Assembly (NCBI GenBank): GCA_046861645.1
Contig: JBHHUM010000077.1
Coordinates: 1 to 10,160 of the forward strand
Length of the DNA: 10,160 bases
Reading direction: 5' to 3'
Source of the DNA: Fidelibacterota bacterium
GTDB taxonomy: Bacteria > Fidelibacterota > Marinisomatia > Marinisomatales > UBA2128
Positions 1-6,490 of the stretch are shown piece after piece; the first letter of the stretch is position 1, and every line of letters begins with the position of its first letter. The position numbers and the translations under genes were made by a program. Below the pieces are notes generated by a model. The model was not told the DNA's origin, did no database searches, and was given only the letters and a program-made list of their open reading frames with translations.

Positions 1-399
1 AGTGAGTTGAAGTTAAGTGAAGGAGAAACGGATGTAACTTTCCACGATCCGTGCCGATTGGGCCGACATCTGGGCATCTACGAAGAACCCCGGAAGGTCC
101 TTTCTGATGAGAGCAATCACTTCCGGGAGATGAAAAATAACGGCAAGCGCTCTCTCTGCTGCGGCGTCAGCGCCTGGATGAACTGCGACGTTACCGCCAA
201 GGCGATCCAGAAGGAACGGCTCCACCAGGCGGAAGAGACAGGAGCGGACGTTTTAGGTATCGCCTGCCCCAAGTGCCAGATACATTTGATCTGCACCATG
301 CAGGACCCGATAGATACTCACAATCGCGACATGAAGATTAAAGACATTTCGTCCATCGCTCTTGAGAGGTTGGATATATCATTTGAGAACAAAAAGTAG
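1..399 (+). CDS. CCG-domain (Fe-S) oxidoreductase, HdrD/GlpC-like, 5'-truncated by window edge
   Basis: The frame is open from base 1 (AGT GAG TTG...), so the TTG at 7 is probably not the real start. Motifs FHDPCRLGRH...SLCCG...ACPKC form the cysteine-rich CCG domain of HdrB/HdrD/GlpC. The stop TAG overlaps the AGGAGG RBS of hdrA. Confidence 0.85.
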   Translation, partial: SELKLSEGETDVTFHDPCRLGRHLGIYEEPRKVLSDESNHFREMKNNGKRSLCCGVSAWMNCDVTAKAIQKERLHQAEETGADVLGIACPKCQIHLICTMQDPIDTHNRDMKIKDISSIALERLDISFENKK

Positions 400-403
400 G
401 AGG
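398..403 (+). promoter_or_regulatory. Shine-Dalgarno site for hdrA
   Basis: AGGAGG lies 5 nt upstream of ATG 409 and overlaps the upstream stop codon. Confidence 0.8.
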
Positions 404-408
404 CATCT

Positions 409-2895
409 ATGTCTGATAACAGCTTAAGAGTAGGCGTGTTCGTTTGCGAGTGCGGCACAAATATCGCCGGATCACTGGATTGTGATGCCGTACGGGATTA
501 TGCCGCCACGCTGCCGAATGTCGTCTGCTCGGTCAAAAACCGCTACACCTGCGCAGAACCGGGTCAGCAGGAAATCAAGAAAATGATCAAGGAGCACAAT
601 CTGAATCGGGTCATTGTGGCATCCTGCACACCGCGGATGCACGAGTCTACCTTCCGGCAGTGCGTGTCAGAAGTAGGGATGAATCCCTACCTCATGGACA
701 TGGCCAACATCCGGGAGCACTGCAGCTGGACGCATTTGAATAACTGGGATGGCGCCACGGAAAAGGCGAAAGATATCGTCAAGATTGCTGTCGCCAGAGC
801 CAGGCTGTTACAGCCGCAGACCGAGACGGAGATCCCGGTACTGAAGGATGTCATGGTTGTAGGCGGCGGAATTGCCGGCATACAATCAGCGCTCGACTTG
901 GCTGATGCGGGTTACCAGGTTCATCTGGTGGAAAAAGAGGCGTCTATTGGTGGGAATATGGCCAAGCTTGATAAGACCTATCCTACCATGGACTGTTCCA
1001 TATGAATACTCGGACCAAAAATGATGGATGCCGGTCGGCATCCCCGCATTAATCTCCTGACCCTGAGTGAAGTAGTAGATATATCAGGATATATTGGCAA
1101 CTTTCACATAAAGGTACGCCAGAAAGCCCGCTACGTGGATGCCTCAGAGTGTACCGCTTGCGCTGACTGCGAAGAAGTATGTCCTGTAGCTGTACCAGAT
1201 GAATTCCAGCAGGGTTTCTCTTCCCGCAAAGCCATTTATATGCCCTTTCCTCAAGCTGTCCCCTCTTCATATATACTGAACGAAGCTGACTGTCTGGGAC
1301 ATAATCCAATTGCCTGCGGAAAGTGCGCCGATGTTTGCGATAAGGATTGCATTGACTTCGATATGAAAGATGAAATCCATAAGTTCGATGTAGGGGCGGT
1401 TATTGTAGCTACTGGAATGGAAGTTTATGATCCTACAGAGATGGATGAGTACGGCTATACTCGGTACGAGAACGTGATCACCAGTATGGAATTCGAAAGG
1501 CTGATCTCTGCCGGAGGACCGACTAATGGTCACTTTGTTCGACCCACCGATAAAACGACTCCAAAACGGATCGCTTTCATCCAATGTGTCGGTTCCCGTT
1601 CCCTCAGCGAACGGGGAAATCCCTATTGCAGTAACATCTGTTGTATGAATACTGTGAAGGATAGTCTCTTACTCATGGATCACTATCCAGATACTGAAAT
1701 CAAAGTCTTCTACATGGACATCAGGGCCTTCGGCAAGGGATTCGAAGACCTATACGTGCGGAGTAAACAGATGGGCGTCCAGTATATCCGCGGGATTCCA
1801 GGAGAGGCATTTGAGGATCCTAAGACAAAGAACGTCTACCTGACAGCAGAGGATACGATAACAGGAGAACTTGTCGAGCATGAATTCGACCTGGTGATCT
1901 TAGCTGTAGGAGTCATTCCCCGTAAAGAGAGTGAGTTTATCCGACAGCTTCTCTCTCTTTCCAAAACTGAAGATGGATTCATGATGGAGTCTCATCCCAA
2001 ACTGAAACCGGTGGATGCTCCTACGGGAGGAGTCTTTTTCGCAGGATGTGTTGAAGCTCCCAAGGACATCAAAGAGAGTGTGACCCAAGCCAGTGCCGCA
2101 GCCGCGCGAGCTCAGATTCTGCTGAACGCAGGAAAAATCAGCGTGGAAGCCATCACATCGGAATGTCTTACGGCTAATTGTACCGGCTGTCAGGTTTGTG
2201 TCAAAGTCTGTCCCTTCAATGCCATCACAGGTGGAGATGCAAAAACTAAAACCCCTGTCGAAATGATTGAAGCAGCATGCAAAGGGTGTGGAACCTGTGC
2301 GGCAGAGTGCAACTTCGACGCCATCCTTATGCGTCATTTCGAAGATGCCCAAATCATGGCACAGATAGATGCCCTGTTAGAGGAGAATTATCAGGAGAAA
2401 GTGGTTGTTTTCGCCTGTAATTGGTGCAGTTATGCCGGAGCAGACCTGGCTGGCTTATCCCGACTCCAATACCCATTGACTCAGCGCATCATCAGAACTA
2501 TGTGCAGTGGTCGAGTGGATTCCAGGTTTATCCTGAGGGCTTTCGAGAAAGGTGCTCCCCTGGTCCTTGTCTCGGGATGCCACTTCGTAGATTGCCACTA
2601 CATCGATGCCAATCGCTGGACCCAGAAACGGGTAGATAGATTGTGGGATAAACTGGAGCGATTGGGTATTCGACCCGAACGTCTCCAATTAGAGTGGATC
2701 AGCGCTGCTGAGGGACAAAAATGGTCAAAGGTAATGCATGATCTGGAAAATATGCGACAACATGTGACCAAAAACGAAATCGAGCATACCATGAAAATCT
2801 TAAAAGAAGAGCGGGAAAAGACAGAAGCTAAAGCGGCAGCCAAGAAACTGAGGGGAAAAACGACCATTCACAAACCAGAACCAGCAATGGCCTAA
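409..2895 (+). CDS. hdrA: Selenocysteine-containing heterodisulfide reductase subunit A fused to an MvhD ([2Fe-2S]) domain (828 aa, Sec at codon 199)
   Basis: ORFs 409..1005 and 1021..2895 are in the same frame, separated only by TGA(1003-1005) plus ATA CTC GGA CCA AAA. Read through, this gives DKTYPTMDCSI-U-ILGPKM, matching the HdrA motif DKTFPTxDCxxCILxPKM. Other motifs: N-terminal VGVFVCECG and ASCTPRMHE, FAD-binding VVGGGIAG, inserted ferredoxin (CTACADCEEVCP, CGKCADVC), QCVGSR...YCSNICC, C-terminal ferredoxin (CTGCQVCVKVCP, CKGCGTCAAEC), and MvhD motifs ACNWCSYAGAD, MCSGRV, GCHFVDCHY. Confidence 0.92.
1026..1043 (+). promoter_or_regulatory. Bacterial SECIS-like hairpin
   Basis: GGATGCC-GGTC-GGCATCC is a perfect 7-bp stem with a G-initiated GGUC loop. 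The loop starts 27 nt after the UGA, fitting the bacterial SECIS pattern. The E. coli fdhF SECIS loop also contains GGUC. Confidence 0.8.
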
Positions 2896-2908
2896 CTGAG
2901 GAGTTATC

Positions 2909-3055
2909 ATGGAAGAAGTTGATTTTCAATGTCTGCGCTGCGGTCATGAATACCGGGGAGAATATGACAAGCAAAACCCCATAGAGAGAACTTGCCCTAA
3001 ATGTCATAGTAATAGTGTACGCCGTCTGAAAAAACCTTTCAAGAAACCAACATAA
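2909..3055 (+). CDS. 48-aa zinc-ribbon/rubredoxin-like microprotein (FmdB-like), missed by the ORF track
   Basis: GAGGAG RBS at 2898-2903, ATG 2909, TAA 3053-3055. Translation MEEVDFQCLRCGHEYRGEYDKQNPIERTCPKCHSNSVRRLKKPFKKPT has CxxC-x17-CPxC. It fills the gap between hdrA and the GAF gene. Confidence 0.85.
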   Translation: MEEVDFQCLRCGHEYRGEYDKQNPIERTCPKCHSNSVRRLKKPFKKPT

Positions 3056-3070
3056 TTCAGGAGAAACAGG

Positions 3071-3652
3071 ATGGATAGGAAAAGTCACGATTTCTTTCGA
3101 GCGTTTGTCAATGTCACGAAAGCAATTAGTTCAACATTGGACCTCCAAAAGGTTCTAAGTAAAATTATCGAAAATGCAGTTGAAGTGTTGGAGTTAAAAG
3201 CTGGTGCCATAAGTCTCTGGAATAAAAATCAAAATCGGTTAGAGATGATCTCTCACCAAAATCTGAGCGAGGAATTCCTGAACAAAGGTCCTGTGTATGC
3301 AGATAAAAGTATGCCCAGAGCTTTGATAACTGGTAAGCCAGTGATTATCCCTGATATCAGACAGGATGATCAACTACAATATCCCGAAGCTTGTAAAAAG
3401 GAAGGTATCAAAGCATTGATGTCTATCCCCATCGTATACAAGGAGGATATTATTGGTGTTTTAAGATTGTTTGATTCCCGTAACAGGGAGTTCACTCCTG
3501 AGGAAATTGAGTTTATGGTCGCTCTGGCAGAACAAGGTGGCATCGCCATCAATAATGCTCGCTTTATGGCACAATTAGAGAAAGATCATCAACGGGAAAT
3601 GGACGACCTCTGGGACTGGTTCAGTGGATTTGTTGATAGACCCCAGTATTAA
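3071..3652 (+). CDS. Stand-alone GAF-domain protein
   Basis: 193 aa with GAF signatures ISSTLDLQKVL, GKPVIIPDI, EGIKALMSIPI, IIGVLRLF, REFTPEEIEF..LAEQGGIAINNAR. No output domain. AGGAG RBS at 3059-3063. Confidence 0.85.
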   Translation: MDRKSHDFFRAFVNVTKAISSTLDLQKVLSKIIENAVEVLELKAGAISLWNKNQNRLEMISHQNLSEEFLNKGPVYADKSMPRALITGKPVIIPDIRQDDQLQYPEACKKEGIKALMSIPIVYKEDIIGVLRLFDSRNREFTPEEIEFMVALAEQGGIAINNARFMAQLEKDHQREMDDLWDWFSGFVDRPQY

Positions 3653-3699
3653 CATCCAACAATTTTAGTCGTAGCAGGGCTAAAGATAGATATTATTTT

Positions 3700-4983
3700 T
3701 TAGCCATTAACTTTACGTCTGGCGAAGGGAACATATTTCGAGAGTGGTGCCCCGGTATAAATCTGTCGAGGTCGATAGATACGCCGATGCTCCACTTCTG
3801 ACATCTCTTTCCACTGGGCAATCCACCCCGGTAGACGCCCGAGAGCAAACATCACTGTAAACATTTGTGTGGGAATACCCATCGCCCGGTAGATTATTCC
3901 GGAATAAAAGTCTACATTGGGATAAAGTTTCCGTTCCACAAAATAGTCATCATGGAGCGCTATTTCTTCCAATTCGATCGCTATTTGTAACAAGGGATCA
4001 TCTACTCCCAATCGCTCCAGTAGTCTATCCGCGGCATCCTTTAATATCAAAGCCCGGGGATCAAAGTTTTTGTAGACCCGGTGACCAAAACCAAAAAGTT
4101 TGAATGAGGTCGTTTTATCCTTAGCCATATCCACATATTTCTGATAGTTCTGACCATCATCATAAATCATCTTCAACATTTCGATGACCTTTTGATTCGC
4201 TCCGCCATGCAATCGTCCCCAAAGGGCAGCGATTCCACCTGCTATAGAAATAAAAAGGTTGGATTCACTGCTGCCCACCATACGCACGGTTGCAGTCGAA
4301 CAATTTTGCTCATGGTCAGCATGGAGTACCAAAAGCAGTCTTAAGGCATCAGCCATCACCGGCTCGACATGGTACTCTTCTGCAGGGATGGCAAACATGG
4401 TATAAAGGAAGTTTTCTTCATAGGTAAGATCGTTACGTGGGTAAACAAAGGGTTGACCAATAGATTTTTTATATGAAAATGCTGCCAAGGTCTTCACTTT
4501 AGCTAGAAGGCGAACTATATTTAGGTCAACATCCCCATTACCTCTGGTTGGATAAAAAGTAGAAAGTGCTCCAACAGTTGAAGCCAAAACACCCATGGGG
4601 TGAGCATTCATGGGATAACCATCAAATAATCGCTTGAAGTCTTCGTGAATCATAGAGTGATGATTGAGATCACTTCTAAATCTAGTAAGCTCATCACGAT
4701 CGGGAAGGTGCCCGTAAATAAGCAAATAACACACTTCCACAAATGAAGATTTTTCCGCTAATTGCTCAATGGGAATACCACGGTATCTCAGGATACCCCT
4801 CTCGCCATCAATAAAGGTGATGTCACTGGTACAGGAACCGGTATTACCATACCCAGGATCATAGGTTATATATCCAGTCTTATTTCTTAACTGGGTGATG
4901 TCGATTCCCTTTTCACCTTCAGTACCTTCTATAACAGGTAGTTCGATAGTCTGATTGTCCAGAATCAGTTTTGCGTTGCTCAT
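3700..4983 (-). CDS. gltA: Citrate synthase (Si-type, type II/hexameric-like), 427 aa
   Basis: Motifs GYITYDPG, ITFIDGERGILRYRG, LHADHEQNCST, LHGGAN, GFGHRVYKNFDPRA, YPNVDFYSG, RPRQIYTG. The start is reassigned to ATG 4983 (MSNAKLILD), which has a GAGGT RBS, rather than the TTG at 5025. Confidence 0.95.
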   Translation of the reverse strand: MSNAKLILDNQTIELPVIEGTEGEKGIDITQLRNKTGYITYDPGYGNTGSCTSDITFIDGERGILRYRGIPIEQLAEKSSFVEVCYLLIYGHLPDRDELTRFRSDLNHHSMIHEDFKRLFDGYPMNAHPMGVLASTVGALSTFYPTRGNGDVDLNIVRLLAKVKTLAAFSYKKSIGQPFVYPRNDLTYEENFLYTMFAIPAEEYHVEPVMADALRLLLVLHADHEQNCSTATVRMVGSSESNLFISIAGGIAALWGRLHGGANQKVIEMLKMIYDDGQNYQKYVDMAKDKTTSFKLFGFGHRVYKNFDPRALILKDAADRLLERLGVDDPLLQIAIELEEIALHDDYFVERKLYPNVDFYSGIIYRAMGIPTQMFTVMFALGRLPGWIAQWKEMSEVEHRRIYRPRQIYTGAPLSKYVPFARRKVNG

Positions 4984-5189
4984 GATTTTACCTCGGAGTT
5001 GTGTCTTATACTTGTCATTGCTCAAAGAAAATAGCTTGGTGATTCTTTTATTAGACCTACTTATAATTTAAGAAATTGTGTGATATTCTGAAAGGGTCTC
5101 CTCCCGGGCTCATTCAGTTGGAATACACATACTATATCGGTGAAAAAGCATTAACTGATCGATTTCAAAACTTTAAAACCGAATCATTT

Positions 5190-5241
5190 AATAAAATAGA
5201 ACCCGATCATCCAGGCAAAAAGCCATGATGGAATCGGGTTC
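5190..5241 (-). terminator. Probable intrinsic terminator downstream of the microprotein pair
   Basis: The minus-strand RNA reads GAACCCGAU...CAUC..GGC-UUUUU-GCC..GAUG-AUCGGGUUC followed by UAUUUUAUU. It has a 9-bp outer stem (5199-5207/5233-5241) plus inner pairing. Confidence 0.65.
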
Positions 5242-5297
5242 AGAGATACAATCCCTCCTCTAAGTGAAGTAATGTATCCTAAGACTGTGCTTGTCTA

Positions 5298-5519
5298 TTA
5301 GCGCTTATAGACAAGCAGGAAGAGGAGCAAGGCAATCAGTCCTACAACGCCTTCGGAGGCGAAGTTGCCCACAATCTCCCCAATGTTGTTCACGACACCC
5401 GTAGTACCTGGAAATAGAATGTCGATTACAACAAACAACAGGATGAGAGCGATACCAAATTCAAATATTTCCTTAAGCCATCCGCTCGTCGTCCTTAGTG
5501 TATCTCTAAGTGTAGCCAT
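5298..5519 (-). CDS. 73-aa small membrane protein of unknown function (paralog B)
   Basis: Start reassigned to ATG 5519 (MATLRDTL...), based on the AGGAG RBS at 5530-5534 and colinearity with paralog A. It has two hydrophobic segments around DILFPGTTG and SEGxVGLI, and tandem stops TAA TAG. Confidence 0.85.
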   Translation of the reverse strand: MATLRDTLRTTSGWLKEIFEFGIALILLFVVIDILFPGTTGVVNNIGEIVGNFASEGVVGLIALLLFLLVYKR

Positions 5520-5603
5520 TAGATTAGCTCTCCTAATTCGATTGGTAGAGTATGTATTACCCATCTCTGCTTAAGTATGAACAAGCAGAGACAGCATGTA
5601 CTG

Positions 5604-5644
5604 GGAAAACTCGTTCCCTCCAAGATAGAGGGAACGAATTTTCC
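5604..5644 (-). terminator. Strong intergenic hairpin (leaky terminator or mRNA-stabilising stem) between the paralogs
   Basis: Minus RNA GGAAAAUUCGUUCCCUC-UAUCUUG-GAGGGAACGAGUUUUCC forms a 17-bp stem. One pair is U-G on the minus strand but C-A on plus, which supports minus orientation. It lies 17 nt after the stop of paralog A. Confidence 0.6.
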
Positions 5645-5661
5645 TTTATGAGTACCGCCTA

Positions 5662-5880
5662 CTACCGGTAAATGGCTAGAAAGACGATAAAGGTAATGAG
5701 ACCAACGAGTCCTTCACTCGTAAACTCCGACACGAGATCAGCCACGTTACCAACAATACCCGTCGTCCCCGGAAACAGGATATCTACAATCAGGAATACC
5801 AATGCCAGGGATAGACCCAAATTCACGATATCACCGGTCCATCCTGTTATGGTGGAGAATGTATCCTTTAATGAAGCCAT
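5662..5880 (-). CDS. 72-aa small membrane protein of unknown function (paralog A)
   Basis: Perfect AGGAGG RBS at 5888-5893. It shares 36/72 identical residues with paralog B with no gaps. It has two hydrophobic helices and tandem stops TAG TAG. Confidence 0.88.
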   Translation of the reverse strand: MASLKDTFSTITGWTGDIVNLGLSLALVFLIVDILFPGTTGIVGNVADLVSEFTSEGLVGLITFIVFLAIYR

Positions 5881-6052
5881 TTTGAACCCTCCTACTTGGT
5901 TAGTGACTAACTGCTGTCTTTTCCTGTGGCCAGCCTATGCGAGCACCTCAAAGGAATCTGATTAACCTGATCTTTCCATTTGAGTCACAGGATACGACAC
6001 GAAGATAGATCTTGCGTGGGTGAGAGAAGTAGTTTTTGATCGCTCCGAGATC

Positions 6053-6061
6053 ATTATACCA
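6053..6061 (-). promoter_or_regulatory. Extended -10 sigma70-type promoter element
   Basis: Minus strand TG-G-TATAAT is a perfect TGnTATAAT, about 170 nt upstream of paralog A. Confidence 0.55.
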
Positions 6062-6073
6062 CTGATTTGCATA

Positions 6074-6102
6074 ATCCTAAGGACTTCTTGAATAAATGTC
6101 AA
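6074..6102 (-). promoter_or_regulatory. Sigma70-type promoter (-35/-10)
   Basis: Minus strand TTGACA (6102-6097), a 17-nt spacer, then TAGGAT (6079-6074), preceded by an AT-rich tract. Confidence 0.55.
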
Positions 6103-6105
6103 GAA
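6085..6105. promoter_or_regulatory. Palindromic candidate operator overlapping the -35 box
   Basis: TTCTTGA-ATAAATG-TCAAGAA is a perfect 7-bp inverted repeat with a 7-nt spacer. Confidence 0.45.
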
Positions 6106-6490
6106 AAAATTGAAACTTTACCTCTTTTATGTTTTTATTAAAATATCTCCCTTATCGACGAGAAACAAGCTCTTCACGATGAAATAAAAAAGTTTGCAGA
6201 TGTTCTACGATTTCAGAGTTACAAGGATTAAATAGCTGTATTATGCGAACTTTCCCCTTTAACCACTTTTTTAAATCATCAGCTGAGGATGGGTTATAAA
6301 GAGAGCATCTCCAGGTCGGTTTGATAGTTTCTCAGTGACATCTGAATAAGTACCAAGTAAAAATCAAAAAGTAAACATTCACCTGCATTTTGATTATCAA
6401 ACACGTTGAGTGAAGACTCGTAGTGTGAAGGGATGTTATAGATTCATCTGGTGATTCTTAATGGTAAAATCTCTAAAGATTGTTCTTTAG

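Noticed and set aside
409..1005. hdrA as a nonsense-mutated pseudogene or naturally split gene pair
   Set aside because: The TGA falls exactly on a conserved Cys/Sec position and the linker codons are conserved HdrA sequence. There is no RBS before ATG 1021, and a SECIS-like hairpin follows.
2828..3088. 86-aa minus-strand ORF spanning the hdrA-GAF gap
   Set aside because: It is antisense to the better-supported 48-aa zinc-ribbon gene and overlaps both neighbours, with no motifs.
3664..3684. Hairpin TTTAGTC...GGCTAAA between the convergent GAF and gltA genes
   Set aside because: The stem is weak and AT-rich with a wobble pair, and there is no adjacent U-tract. It cannot be called a terminator with confidence.
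4984..5025. N-terminal extension of citrate synthase from TTG 5025
   Set aside because: ATG 4983 has an RBS and gives the typical length and N-terminus for the family.
5520..5564. 15-aa N-terminal extension of paralog B
   Set aside because: The alignment with paralog A begins at ATG 5519, which has its own AGGAG RBS.
5298..5880. Microproteins as ATP synthase c-subunits or type IV pilins
   Set aside because: They lack the GxGxGxG/RQP c-ring motifs and the G|FTLIE prepilin motif.
5365..5965. Similar plus-strand ORFs 5365..5574 and 5672..5965
   Set aside because: They are antisense shadows of the two paralogs, and their similarity follows from the duplication.
6110..6490. Possible small ORF or ncRNA in the AT-rich spacer, with short hairpins at 6473-6490 and about 6389-6401
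   Set aside because: I found only very short ORFs without an RBS, and the hairpins are short and AT-rich. No tRNA, CRISPR or known RNA pattern was seen.
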